Made by a program: the position numbers and the translations under genes. Shown piece by piece: positions 46,423 through 56,631 of a stretch of DNA of 64,000 nucleotides. This DNA is from Parcubacteria group bacterium. GTDB lineage: Bacteria; Patescibacteriota; Minisyncoccia; Phycocordibacterales; UBA2135. The stretch's first letter is position 1. Each line of letters opens with the position of its first letter. The DNA is taken from NCBI GenBank assembly GCA_016204045.1, contig JACQLQ010000001.1, forward strand, positions 257,792 to 321,791, written 5' to 3'. The notes beneath the pieces are model-generated. The model was not told the origin of the DNA and did not search any database. It was given only the letters and a program-made list of their open reading frames with translations.

Positions 46423-48795
46423 ATGGAAATTCTTAAAAATTTTGTAGCCGATATTTCTGGTGAGCGGAGTAAGCAAGATGCCGGTACGTCCATCGATGCT
46501 CTTATCGCATGGGTCATCGTTGCTGGGTTCTTTCTTACCCCCCTTCTTTTCGTACCTTTTGAAAGTATCCCGCTCGAGTGGGGAAAGATGCTTTTTATCG
46601 CGGCAATCGCTCTAGCCACCCTCGTGCTTTGGGTTGTGGCGCGGCTCAAGGAAGGAGCGATCAGTATCCCTAAGAGCCCAATACTTCTCGCCGCTTTCGC
46701 AATAGTCGTCGTCTTCATTTTGGCGGCCCTCTTTTCTCCGGTCATGAGTGTCTCTCTTGGCGGGGTTGCGTATGAATTTGGCACGGCACTCTCCTTTGCC
46801 TTTCTCTTCGTGCTTCTTGTTCTTGTTTCCGCCCTATTCCGCAATGCCTACTGGGTTTCTCTTTCCTACTTCGCGCTTTTCCTCTCATTTCTCGTTGCCT
46901 TTGTCTATCATGCCTTGCGGTTAGTGGTCGGAGTTGATTTTCTAGATTTTGGAATTTTCACGTCAGAATCGATGAGTCTCTTAGGGAAGTGGAATGACTT
47001 TGGAATCTTTGCGGGTCTTGTAGCTCTTTTAACGCTCATGATTATTGAGCTTTCCTATCCCCAGGGTCGCATGCGGATTTTTGCCTACACTCTGCTTGGG
47101 GCGGCACTTATTGTTCTTGCTACCATCAACTTCTCTGTTTCCTGGATACTTCTTGGGGGAACCGCGCTTGTTATGGTCGTGTATCACCTGTCTGTCACGC
47201 GTTTTGTTGAGACACAAAGGAAAAAGGTATACGCATTTCCAGTCACTGCACTCGTGGTACTTCTCATTGCTTCGGTCTTTTTGATGGCCGGAAGCGCCAT
47301 TGGAAACGCCATTCGGCAGTACGTACCGCTCCCTTCTGTTGTGGAAGTACGCCCCTCCTGGTCTGCAACAGTCGACATTATTAAGCAAACATGGAAGGAG
47401 CAACCCCTTGTCGGGAATGGTCCGAACCGCTTCAATATTTCCTGGCTTCTTCACAAGCCCGACGCAATCAATGCAACACAACTCTGGAATACCGATTTTC
47501 GCCACGGGGTCGGTCTCATCCCCACCTACGCGGTGACCGCCGGCCTTTTGGGCTTGCTTGCTTGGCTTGTGTTCTTCGGCACCTTCTTGTATAGTGCCGC
47601 TCGCTCACTCTTTGCCTTTAGTGACACGCGCACGAACTACCTCGTCCTCTCATCGTTTGTTGCGGCACTGTATCTGTGGCTCACAGCAATTTTCTACACT
47701 CCAGGGGTCACCATTGTCGCGTTCGCCTTCTTCTTTACTGGGATTTTTATCGCACTTCTCGCGCAAAAAAAAGAGATTCCGAGTATTGAATTTTCTTACA
47801 TTCGCGATCCGCGAACCGGCTTCTTCTCTGTTCTTGCTCTTGTGGCGCTTCTCGTCGTTACTGCTGGAGGAATGTACGATTTCGGGAAACGTGGGCTTTC
47901 GCTCCTCTCATACCACCAAGGCAGTGTTGCGGCGGCCGAGGGCAATCTTGATAAAGCAGACGCAGCGCTTGTGCGTGCAGGCGCACTCCAGGATTCAGAT
48001 GTCGTATACCGCTCGCTTTCTGAAATACGAATAGGACGGCTATCTACGCTCTTGGGAAGGCAAGACTTGTCACCAGACAACGCTCGCGCGGAGTTCCAGA
48101 ATATTCTAGGGAGCACGATAGACGCCGCACAGAACGCCGTGCGATACGATACGACAAATTATCGAAACTGGCTTACTCTCTCAAGGGTGTACACGGCCGT
48201 TGTCCCACTCAATGTGACAGGGGCGTATGAGAATGCAAAAGCGGGCCTGGAGCAGTCGCGCCTCTATAACCCCAAGAGTCCCGAGCTTTTCCTCGAGGAG
48301 GCGCGCCTGGAGGCAGGCCGCGGTGATAACGACAAAGCTCGCGAGCTCATCCAGCAATCGCTTGTTCTCAAAAACAACTACACAGATGCGATATTCCTCT
48401 TGGCGCAGATGCAGATTGACGAGGGGAACGTCAAAGATGCTATTCGCTCGGTGGAGCAGGCGTCTATCATCGATGCGAATAATCCCGGGGTTTTCTTCCG
48501 TCTTGGTCTCTTGCGCTATGCAAACAAGGACTACCGCGGCGCGGCATCGGCATTTGAGCGTGCAGTAACGCTTCTCCCCGATTACGCCAATGCGCAGTAT
48601 TATCTCGGTCTCTCACTCGACATGATAGGGGAGAGCGAGCGGGCAATTGCGATATTTGATGGGCTTACAAAAACAAACCCCGATAACGAGGACATCAAGA
48701 ACATCCTCGAGAACCTAAAAGACGGGCGAGCCCCCTTTGCTGAACGCAAAACCGCATCGCCAGCCGAACTTGACGAACCGCCTATAGAAGAATAA
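46423..48795 (+). CDS. Large polytopic membrane protein (O-antigen ligase/Wzy_C-like) with C-terminal TPR repeats
   Basis: About 12 TM helices, then 4-5 TPR-like repeats (AIFLLAQ...YYLGLSL...). Confidence 0.6.
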   Translation: MEILKNFVADISGERSKQDAGTSIDALIAWVIVAGFFLTPLLFVPFESIPLEWGKMLFIAAIALATLVLWVVARLKEGAISIPKSPILLAAFAIVVVFILAALFSPVMSVSLGGVAYEFGTALSFAFLFVLLVLVSALFRNAYWVSLSYFALFLSFLVAFVYHALRLVVGVDFLDFGIFTSESMSLLGKWNDFGIFAGLVALLTLMIIELSYPQGRMRIFAYTLLGAALIVLATINFSVSWILLGGTALVMVVYHLSVTRFVETQRKKVYAFPVTALVVLLIASVFLMAGSAIGNAIRQYVPLPSVVEVRPSWSATVDIIKQTWKEQPLVGNGPNRFNISWLLHKPDAINATQLWNTDFRHGVGLIPTYAVTAGLLGLLAWLVFFGTFLYSAARSLFAFSDTRTNYLVLSSFVAALYLWLTAIFYTPGVTIVAFAFFFTGIFIALLAQKKEIPSIEFSYIRDPRTGFFSVLALVALLVVTAGGMYDFGKRGLSLLSYHQGSVAAAEGNLDKADAALVRAGALQDSDVVYRSLSEIRIGRLSTLLGRQDLSPDNARAEFQNILGSTIDAAQNAVRYDTTNYRNWLTLSRVYTAVVPLNVTGAYENAKAGLEQSRLYNPKSPELFLEEARLEAGRGDNDKARELIQQSLVLKNNYTDAIFLLAQMQIDEGNVKDAIRSVEQASIIDANNPGVFFRLGLLRYANKDYRGAASAFERAVTLLPDYANAQYYLGLSLDMIGESERAIAIFDGLTKTNPDNEDIKNILENLKDGRAPFAERKTASPAELDEPPIEE

Positions 48796-48869
48796 GTAAT
48801 GGATTATTGCTAGAGTGTGCCTGCCCTACCCACATAATCGGGTAGGGCAGCACTCTAAGTCCCTCTCTA

Positions 48870-50543
48870 ATGGTCACGAAGTTAAAAGATCTCTTATATG
48901 GAGAGACAAGCGGTCTTCTTGAGGCCGCTTTTCTCCTTGGTGGGTTTGCACTCTTCTCAAAGTTGCTTGCTTTGGTGCGTGACCGCCTCCTCGCGGGGAA
49001 CTTTGGGGCAGGTCTCGAGCTCGATATTTACTATGCGGCGTTTCGTGTGCCTGATTTTGTTTTTATTTCACTCGCGTCTCTCGTCGCTTCTGCCGTCTTG
49101 ATTCCGTTTTTCGTAGAGAGGCTTGGAGACAAGGAAGACGCGGAGCGTTTCTTCAACTCCATATTTACGGTTTTCTTCCTAGCCATCACTGTCGTCTCGG
49201 CAATCCTCTTTGTCGCCATGCCGAGACTCGCGCCCCTCGTTGTCCCTGGTTTTGACCCGGCATCAGAAGAGACAATGATACTGCTTTCGCGCATCATGCT
49301 TCTTTCCCCGATACTTCTCGGCCTTTCTGGCCTTTTCGCGAGTGTGACGCAGGCGCTTCGGAGGTTTTTTATCTACGCCCTGACGCCGGTTGTGTATAAT
49401 CTCGGTATCATTCTCGGCATTCTCTTCCTCTACCCGACCTTTGGAATGCCGGGGCTTGCGTACGGGGTTGTTTTGGGCTCTCTTCTCCACTTCGCTATTC
49501 AATTGCCAGTGCTCGCGCGGAATGGCTTTCTCCCCAGATTCTCATTTGGATTGCGGTTTGCTGAGCTCGAGCGTGTACTCGCGCTTTCCTTGCCGAGGAC
49601 GATTACTCTGTCGGCAAATCATCTTGTGATCCTAATTTTTATCGCGATGGCCTCTCTTGTCGCGGAAGGTTCAATCGCCGTCTTCAATCTCTCCTACAAT
49701 CTCCAATCTGTCCCGCTCTCGGTTATCGGAATTAGTTATTCGGTTGCCGCATTTCCCACCCTTGCGTATCTGCTTTCAAACGGGAAGCGTACGGCGTTTG
49801 TGTCCCAGATTTTGACCGCAGCTCGGCACATTATCTTTTGGTCAATCCCGATAACCGTGCTTTTTATTGTCCTGCGTGCACAGATTGTTCGAACCATTTT
49901 CGGCACAGGAGAGTTTGGATGGGCGGAGACACGACTTACAGCCGCGGCACTAGCGCTGTTTGCGTTGTCCGTTGCCGCCCAAAGCTTACTCCTCCTTTTT
50001 GTCCGTGGGTATTATGCGGCCGGCTACACCAAGAAGCCGCTTTTTGTGAACGTGATTTCGGCGGTCGGCACCGTCCTCCTGGGATCTTTCCTCTTCTCGC
50101 TCTTCTCCTCATCAGAGACATTCAAGTATTTCATTGAGACGGTCCTGCGCGTCGAGGGTCTTGAGGGCACCTCCATTCTCATGCTCCCACTTGCGTTTTC
50201 GATAGGTCAGATACTAAACCTCGTCGCATTGTGGATCTTCTTCTCGCGCGACTTTGATGCGCCGTTTAAAGAGGTGTGGCTCACACTGCGGCACAGTTTC
50301 TACGGTGCGGTTGCGATGGGGTTTGTTTCGTTCGAGTCTCTTCGCGTATTCGATGACGTCTTTGATCTAAACACACTCTTTGGCATCTTCTCTCAAGGAT
50401 TCCTCTCGGGTCTCATCGGTATCTTGGCCGGGATTCTTTTATTGCTTCTTCTTGGTAACCAGGAGGTCAAAGAAATTGGCAAGGCTCTCCACGGGAAGTT
50501 CTGGCGAGGGAAACCCATTGCACCAGACCAGGGGGAACTGTAA
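48870..50543 (+). CDS. murJ: Lipid II flippase MurJ
   Basis: An MviN-type N-terminus (LLALVRDRLLAGNFGAGLELDIYYAAFRVPDF). 14 TM helices. Confidence 0.85.
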   Translation: MVTKLKDLLYGETSGLLEAAFLLGGFALFSKLLALVRDRLLAGNFGAGLELDIYYAAFRVPDFVFISLASLVASAVLIPFFVERLGDKEDAERFFNSIFTVFFLAITVVSAILFVAMPRLAPLVVPGFDPASEETMILLSRIMLLSPILLGLSGLFASVTQALRRFFIYALTPVVYNLGIILGILFLYPTFGMPGLAYGVVLGSLLHFAIQLPVLARNGFLPRFSFGLRFAELERVLALSLPRTITLSANHLVILIFIAMASLVAEGSIAVFNLSYNLQSVPLSVIGISYSVAAFPTLAYLLSNGKRTAFVSQILTAARHIIFWSIPITVLFIVLRAQIVRTIFGTGEFGWAETRLTAAALALFALSVAAQSLLLLFVRGYYAAGYTKKPLFVNVISAVGTVLLGSFLFSLFSSSETFKYFIETVLRVEGLEGTSILMLPLAFSIGQILNLVALWIFFSRDFDAPFKEVWLTLRHSFYGAVAMGFVSFESLRVFDDVFDLNTLFGIFSQGFLSGLIGILAGILLLLLLGNQEVKEIGKALHGKFWRGKPIAPDQGEL

Positions 50544-50973
50544 GTTGTTGGCGTTTAGAAAACAAAAGCCTGCCTCGCGTAGAGCGAGACAGGCGATTAG
50601 CGGTTGTGGATCCAAAAATTCTTAAGCCACAACAACCATAGTTTATGATGCGCGGTTACGTGGGAGGGGAATTTCCCATCACGTCCCCAACCAAATACTC
50701 GAAGAATGACATCGCGACCTCACAGTGATGAGCATCACACACCCCAAAGAATTGCTACACAGACAATAGCCATTCTTCACGCGCCTGTCAATTTCCCGCA
50801 TTCTCCCACGGACTACATCTGTGGGAGAATGCGGGAATACAGGAAGGGGTCGGGGAACCAGTAGGGTTCCCCGTGGAGGAGTTAAGTGATGCAAGCGGGG
50901 CGGAGCATCGCGATTCTAGAACCGTGGGTTCATTGTTTTGGAGAAAAGGGCATTTTCAGGTATTGTTGAATCA

Positions 50974-52770
50974 ATGGATACGAAGCTTATTCGAAACTTT
51001 AGCATTATCGCGCATATCGATCACGGGAAGTCTACTTTAGCTGACCGGATGCTTGAGGTAACAGGGACTATCGAAAAGCGCAAAATGCGTGAGCAGGTTT
51101 TGGATGATATGGAGCTCGAAAGGGAGAAGGGGATCACGATTAAGATGACACCCGTCACGATGCGCCACAATCTAGGGGGTACCGACTATAAGTTGAACTT
51201 GATTGACACCCCAGGCCACATCGACTTTTCTTACGAAGTTTCCCGGTCGCTAAAGGCTGTCGAAGGGGCGATTTTGCTCGTGGATGCTACCCAGGGCGTA
51301 CAGGCGCAGACACTCTCGGTTTTTGAGATGGCGCGTGCTCAAGAACTCGTACTGATCCCCGTTGTCTCAAAGATTGACTCCCCGCTCGCGCGTATTGAGG
51401 AAGTGAGGGAAGAGCTCGCGTCTTTACTCGACGTACCCCCGGAAACTGTTGTGGGTGTGTCGGGCAAGACAGGAGAAGGAGTCCCCGAGCTACTCAAGGC
51501 AATTATTGAGCGTATCCCAGCCCCTACAAGCGCTTCAGGAAAGTCACTTCAGGCGCTTGTCTTTGATTATGCTTTTTCGGAGCATCGCGGCATTGTTATG
51601 TATGTGCGTGTCTTTGGAGGTGTGGTGAAAAAGGCTGATGAACTTTCACTTAAAATACGAGGAGAACAGTTTAAGTCACTTGAAGTTGGACAATTTGCAC
51701 CGACTCAGCGACCCGTGGAGGAGCTTGGTGCAGGTGAAATTGGGTATGTTGTCTCTGGTGTTAAGGAGGCGGGTAAAGCGATTATTGGAGACACCCTTAC
51801 CAGTGCCAAGAGCCCGAGCGAAACGCTCCCTGGATATCGAGAGCCCCAAAGTATGGTATGGATCTCGCTGTACCCAGAAAGCCAAAGTGACTTCTATGAA
51901 CTGAAAAGTGCCTTAGAGCGGCTCAAATTATCGGACGCAGCTCTTTCCTTTGAAGGAGAAATGTCTCCAACACTTGGGCGAGGGTTCCGGTGTGGGTTCC
52001 TTGGGATGCTTCACTTGGAAATAGTAATTGAACGGTTACGTCGCGAGTTTGGTCTTAAGTTAGTCGTAACCTCTCCGTCCATTGTGTACGAAGTAGAAAA
52101 AAAAGGTAAACGTGAGAAAATCTACTCACCGACACAGTTTCCAGATCATGGAACATATGAAAAGGTATATGAACCTTGGGTTCGTCTTACGATTATTACG
52201 CCTGAAGCGCGCTTGGGGGATGTCATCAAACTTTGCTACACACACGAAGGCGTGGCTGGGGCGTCAGAAAACTGGAGTGGCGGGCGTGTCTCCTTGTTGG
52301 TCGAAATGCCACTTCGTGAGCTTATGCGCGGGTTTTTCGATGAGCTGAAAAGTGCTTCATCGGGATTTGCTTCGCTTTCGTACGAACCCCTCGATATGCG
52401 TGAGGCTGAAGTAGCGCGCCTCGATATTCTTGTTGCTGATGAGTCCGTCACCGCGTTTTCACAAGTCGTCTCGCTCGCCCGTGCCTACGATGAGGCAAAG
52501 GATTCCGTAGAGCGACTCTATGATGTTCTCCCAAAACAGCTTTTCCCCGTCAAAATCCAAGGGCGCGCGCGGGGGCGCATTCTCTCATCAAAAACACTAC
52601 CCGCAATGCGCAAGGACGTGACGGGGTATCTGTACGGAGGAGACATTACACGAAAAATGAAGCTTTTGGAGAAACAGAAGAAGGGCAAGAAAAAGATGCT
52701 TGCGCGCGGAAAAGGAAGCGTCGAGATCCCGCAGGATGTGTTCGTTAAAATGATCCGACGAGAAAAATGA
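50974..52770 (+). CDS. lepA: Elongation factor 4 (LepA)
   Basis: IRNFSIIAHIDHGKSTLADR, DTPGH, and the LepA C-terminal domain. Start at the second Met, 50974. Confidence 0.95.
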   Translation: MDTKLIRNFSIIAHIDHGKSTLADRMLEVTGTIEKRKMREQVLDDMELEREKGITIKMTPVTMRHNLGGTDYKLNLIDTPGHIDFSYEVSRSLKAVEGAILLVDATQGVQAQTLSVFEMARAQELVLIPVVSKIDSPLARIEEVREELASLLDVPPETVVGVSGKTGEGVPELLKAIIERIPAPTSASGKSLQALVFDYAFSEHRGIVMYVRVFGGVVKKADELSLKIRGEQFKSLEVGQFAPTQRPVEELGAGEIGYVVSGVKEAGKAIIGDTLTSAKSPSETLPGYREPQSMVWISLYPESQSDFYELKSALERLKLSDAALSFEGEMSPTLGRGFRCGFLGMLHLEIVIERLRREFGLKLVVTSPSIVYEVEKKGKREKIYSPTQFPDHGTYEKVYEPWVRLTIITPEARLGDVIKLCYTHEGVAGASENWSGGRVSLLVEMPLRELMRGFFDELKSASSGFASLSYEPLDMREAEVARLDILVADESVTAFSQVVSLARAYDEAKDSVERLYDVLPKQLFPVKIQGRARGRILSSKTLPAMRKDVTGYLYGGDITRKMKLLEKQKKGKKKMLARGKGSVEIPQDVFVKMIRREK

Positions 52771-52920
52771 TCCTTTGGATAGTGTATTTAGTAAAATAGC
52801 CCAGGTGCGTAAGCGAGAATCATCGAGAGGATGACAAAAATCCCAAGTACGATCCACACCCACTTCACTATTTTTTTGTTTCGTTGATCGAAAAGCATAC
52901 CTCATACTTTATACCAAATA

Positions 52921-53325
52921 TTGTATACTAACAATATGCGCTCAATCCAAAAGAAACAGCGTTTTTTGCGTCTCCTCTACTCGCGTCTTTCTCTTGGCCT
53001 TCTCCTACTCGTTCTTCTTATGGGTGTAAGCGCAGTGTGGAATGTCTACGGGAAGTTCAAAGATGCTGCCAGGGAGCGCCTGCAGAGCAAAGAGGCCCTA
53101 TCGGGGATTGAGGAGCGCATCACCCAGGTGAGAGAGGATGTCGCTCAACTAAAGACCGTAGAAGGGGTTGAGGAAGAGTTTCGAACCACCTTTGGCTTGG
53201 TCAAGAAAGGCGAGGGGGTGATTGTGGTCATTAATGATAAAAATCAAGCCGGGGTTGAGGAGGACGCACAGGGAGGCTTTTGGGCAAACATCTCTAGGGG
53301 CTTGAAAAGCCTCCTTGGAATGTAG
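52921..53325 (+). CDS. FtsB/DivIC-like septum formation initiator. The start may be 52936.
   Basis: N-terminal TM helix followed by a coiled coil. Confidence 0.5.
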   Translation: MYTNNMRSIQKKQRFLRLLYSRLSLGLLLLVLLMGVSAVWNVYGKFKDAARERLQSKEALSGIEERITQVREDVAQLKTVEGVEEEFRTTFGLVKKGEGVIVVINDKNQAGVEEDAQGGFWANISRGLKSLLGM

Positions 53326-53346
53326 TATGAGATTATATGGGTGCGC

Positions 53347-53417
53347 GCGGGCATAGTTTAGTGGCAGAACAGTTGCTTCCCAAGCAACGGATCGGGGTTC
53401 GATTCCCCGTGCCCGCA
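53347..53417 (+). tRNA. tRNA-Gly(CCC)
   Basis: Acceptor gcgggca/tgcccgc, anticodon loop TTCCCAA, T-loop TTCGATT. Confidence 0.85.
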
Positions 53418-53458
53418 CTAAGAAAATAAAACACCCTCGAAAGAAGGTGTTGAAATTA

Positions 53459-54322
53459 TTACTCAGGTTTAAACTGGCGGCCAAGATTCCCCAAAAGTTT
53501 TGAGACATCGACGGGTGCTGACAAGACCCGGAACATTCTTTTCCTGCGTTCTTCGTTCCGTTCCATTGCACGTGAAATGGTATGGGTACCGTCAATCACG
53601 TCATCAACGAACCCCCACTTCTTTGCCTCATCGGCGGAAAGGAACGTATCAATGCGGCGCTCCATCAGTCCTTCAAGCATCTTTCGGATTTTTTCCGGAG
53701 GCGACTTTTGGAATTGCCCCTGCTCCTTTAGTCGCGCAACATATAGTCGCAGCATCATATCCTGGGTCTTCAAGAGCTCGACAAGCTGGGTTGTTGCTTC
53801 TTGGGTGAGCCCAGAAAATTCCCATGAACCATGGTGGAACATGTACCCCGTTGGCTCTCGCAGTACGAAGCGGTCTGCAGCAAGCGGAATAATCGAAGTC
53901 ATGGACCTCGCGTCTTTCATCGCGAGGACAGTTGTGGGGTTTGGCGAGGCGAGTAGCGCGCTAAACATTTGCATACCCTCTTCCCAAAATCCGCCACAAC
54001 TCGCAAGGTTGATCAAAATCGGACGCGTCGGATCAATGCTACTCAAGATGCCGAGATTGCGCTCAAATCGGCCTGCCATGTTGTGTTCAACGCCAGGCTC
54101 GAGGCTTTCCGGGGCGTCTGAGTGAATCACCGTCTCTTCATTGCCGAGATAGATCGTAAACGTGTCTAGGTCCACTCGATACGTGTGGACATTGTCCAGA
54201 ATGTGATTGTCGACACGTGTCTTCCGTCGAGGCGCCATGGGCGCCAGACGGGCATCGCTGCCTTTGGGGCGTCTTTTGATCTGGCGAGCCATGGGGTTAC
54301 CTCGCAATCTGCTATTCTCCAC
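53459..54322 (-). CDS. Divergent ClpP-family serine protease with a basic N-terminal extension of about 90 aa
   Basis: ILINLASCGG corresponds to the SPGG box. Ser in ARSMTS and His in MFHHG. FLSADEAKKWGFVDDVI is the ClpP C-terminal motif. Confidence 0.6.
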   Translation of the reverse strand: MENSRLRGNPMARQIKRRPKGSDARLAPMAPRRKTRVDNHILDNVHTYRVDLDTFTIYLGNEETVIHSDAPESLEPGVEHNMAGRFERNLGILSSIDPTRPILINLASCGGFWEEGMQMFSALLASPNPTTVLAMKDARSMTSIIPLAADRFVLREPTGYMFHHGSWEFSGLTQEATTQLVELLKTQDMMLRLYVARLKEQGQFQKSPPEKIRKMLEGLMERRIDTFLSADEAKKWGFVDDVIDGTHTISRAMERNEERRKRMFRVLSAPVDVSKLLGNLGRQFKPE

Positions 54323-54441
54323 CCATTGTATAGCTCAAAAATGGGAAAAGGCAAGAAGGCCTCCGCATTAGAACATATGTTTGTCCCAAACCGTTCTTTA
54401 ATGGGTGTAACCCTTTTAGATTTAAGTGTTTTTGCGATATA

Positions 54442-55833
54442 ATGGGTACTATGGTGCAAAAACATTACGACCTTGTCATTGTCGGCGCTGGTTCCGGATT
54501 GAACCTCGCGGCAAAAACTGCGGAGGCAAACAACTGGAAGGTTGCCGTCATCGAAAAAGGGCCGCTTGGCGGCACGTGCCTCAACCGTGGCTGTATCCCC
54601 TCAAAAATCCTCATCCACGCGGCAGATGTTGCAAATGAAATCCGTAGAGCACGAGAGTTTGGCATTGACGCAGAGATCACAGGTATTCGTTTTGCTGATG
54701 TGGTAAATCGAGCGAGCGAGTTTGTGGATGCTGATGCGGCAAAACTTGAGCGAGGAGTCCGCGCACACCCCGGAATCGACCTCTACGAGACAGAGGCATA
54801 TTTTGTAAGTGACAAAACACTAGATGTCGGCGGCCCTTCGAGTACCTCAGGACAAGAGACCATTACGGGCGAGCGCATTTTGATTGCGGCGGGGACGCGG
54901 CCCTTTGTTCCTCCGGTCCAGGGGATAGAGAGCATTGAATATTTGACGAGCGATGAAGCGCTAAGACTTACAAAGCAGCCGAAGTCCATGATTATCATAG
55001 GCGGTGGCTATATCTCTGCCGAATTGGGGCACTTTTTCGGTGCGCTGGGGACGGAGGTCACGATTATTGAAGCGGGGGAGCGGCTTATTGGTCGTGAAGA
55101 CAGTGATATTTCCGCCGCATTTACCCGTATTTTTTCGGAAAGCCATCGAGTTGTTTTGAATGCAAAAGTTATCTCTGTTGCACAAGGCAACGGACTAAAA
55201 CAGGTGATTGTTGAAGGCAAAGACGGGAAACAGCAGACGCTCGAAGCCGAAGCGTTACTCCTCACTACAGGGCGTCGGTCCGCAAGTGATCTACTGAAAC
55301 TCAAAGAAAACACGAAGATCGAATTAGACGAGCGCGGCTTTGTGAAAGTGAACGAATATCTGGAAACAAACGTGCCAAATGTCTGGGCGCTCGGGGATAT
55401 TGTTGGCAAGGCGCCGTTCAAGCATGGAGCCAACATGGAGGCGCGGCACCTGCTCGCGGCATTGACTGGTGGAAAGAAGACCCCCGTTGATTATTCGCTC
55501 ATGCCGCACGCGATTTTTTCTTACCCCCAAGTTGCAGGAGTCGGACTCACCGAGGAGGAGGCAAAAGCGAAAGGAATTAAATACGAAGTACGTAAAAAAG
55601 AATATGCCAAAACAGGCATGGGTAAGGCTCTTGAGGAAAAAGATGGTTTTGTAAAGTTCATCATTGATCCAGAAAAAGAAAAGATTTTAGGATGCCATAT
55701 TATGGGGCCCCATGCCTCAACACTTATCCACGAGGTTATCGTCGCCATGAAGGCGGGTGGTGACATTTCTCTTATTCGCGATTCTATCCATGTTCACCCC
55801 GCGCTCTCAGAGGTAGTTCAGAGGGCGTTGTAG
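54442..55833 (+). CDS. Class I pyridine nucleotide-disulfide oxidoreductase, dihydrolipoyl dehydrogenase-like
   Basis: An FAD GxGxxG, redox-active GGTCLNRGCIPSK, and a C-terminal HVHPALSE (His-Glu) dimer-interface motif. Confidence 0.8.
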   Translation: MGTMVQKHYDLVIVGAGSGLNLAAKTAEANNWKVAVIEKGPLGGTCLNRGCIPSKILIHAADVANEIRRAREFGIDAEITGIRFADVVNRASEFVDADAAKLERGVRAHPGIDLYETEAYFVSDKTLDVGGPSSTSGQETITGERILIAAGTRPFVPPVQGIESIEYLTSDEALRLTKQPKSMIIIGGGYISAELGHFFGALGTEVTIIEAGERLIGREDSDISAAFTRIFSESHRVVLNAKVISVAQGNGLKQVIVEGKDGKQQTLEAEALLLTTGRRSASDLLKLKENTKIELDERGFVKVNEYLETNVPNVWALGDIVGKAPFKHGANMEARHLLAALTGGKKTPVDYSLMPHAIFSYPQVAGVGLTEEEAKAKGIKYEVRKKEYAKTGMGKALEEKDGFVKFIIDPEKEKILGCHIMGPHASTLIHEVIVAMKAGGDISLIRDSIHVHPALSEVVQRAL

Positions 55834-55842
55834 TTAGGCCAC

Positions 55843-55886
55843 AAAAAAACTCCAATCTGCCAGCTGGCGGATTGGAGTTTTTTTTC
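55843..55886. terminator. Bidirectional terminator
   Basis: A7-actccaatc...gattggagt-T8 with a nested gccagctggc hairpin. Confidence 0.6.
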
Positions 55887-55897
55887 GTACCTACTTA

Positions 55898-56212
55898 CTA
55901 GATGAGAAGCAAGACGAAAGCGGTTAAGAGGAGGAAGGCGACAAGCCAAGCGAGTGTCGCGAGGAGGAACACAATAGCCTCTTTTTTCTGATTGTTGAGG
56001 TAAAGGTACACTGGCCACCCGAAGACCAAGAGGCTCGTAATCGTCGCCGATATGATAAAGAGGAGGAGCATGAAGATGGGAACAAACAACCCCTCTTCGT
56101 GCTTCCCAAAAATGCGCTCTGCATTGGAGAGGAACGAGGCCACCCCAAAAACATAGAGAAATACGCCGGACCCGTGCACGAAACTTTTAAAGAGATAATC
56201 AGAGTACTTCAT
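55898..56212 (-). CDS. Hypothetical membrane protein
   Basis: 3-4 hydrophobic helices. Confidence 0.45.
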   Translation of the reverse strand: MKYSDYLFKSFVHGSGVFLYVFGVASFLSNAERIFGKHEEGLFVPIFMLLLFIISATITSLLVFGWPVYLYLNNQKKEAIVFLLATLAWLVAFLLLTAFVLLLI

Positions 56213-56214
56213 GG

Positions 56215-56511
56215 TTATTTTTTAAGAAATCTATCTGCTAATACGTCTATTTCGTCTGGTGTAAAACGGAAATCTTGAGCAACCTTCACCAACGTTTCGT
56301 AAAACGACTTTGTGTGAGGGAGTTTCCTAATTTTGCTGAACTCCTCAACAGCTTTCAACTCTTCGTCCGAAAAGCGGCTATCAGATGCCGTCACCTTTTC
56401 CTCTAACGCATTCGCATAAGCAGCGAAAAACTCCGCAATGAATTGAGGATCTTCAATTCTTGATCGATGGGCTTCAAATTCTTCTCCTTTTGGTGCTGAT
56501 TCCGATGTCAT
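56215..56511 (-). CDS. Hypothetical acidic cytoplasmic protein. Start at MTSES.
   Basis: Protein-like composition. No SD; a TATAAT-like box sits directly upstream. Confidence 0.4.
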   Translation of the reverse strand: MTSESAPKGEEFEAHRSRIEDPQFIAEFFAAYANALEEKVTASDSRFSDEELKAVEEFSKIRKLPHTKSFYETLVKVAQDFRFTPDEIDVLADRFLKK

Positions 56512-56631
56512 GATGCAAATTATAACATTTATCCCCGCAAGAAAGATGCCCCGCTTTGTTAAAAGAGTAGCACTTAAGAAATGTCGGGGCAAAAGAAAAA
56601 GAGCAATCAATGTTGATTGCTCTTTTGGGGT

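Noticed and set aside
50679-50894. 71-aa minus-strand ORF in the murJ-lepA gap
   Set aside because: It lies entirely within a palindrome-rich non-coding region, has no RBS and is Cys/Arg-rich. It was treated as part of a structured element instead.
52788-52898. Possible 36-aa minus-strand membrane peptide (MLFDQRNKKIVKWVWIVLGIFVILSMILAYAPGLFY)
   Set aside because: Plausible composition, but the SD spacing is poor (GAGG 1 nt from the ATG) and there is no other support. Not listed as a feature.
53149-53595. 148-aa minus-strand ORF
   Set aside because: It spans tRNA-Gly (its translation contains the ARGIEPRS tRNA-derived peptide) and the 5' end of the ClpP-like gene.
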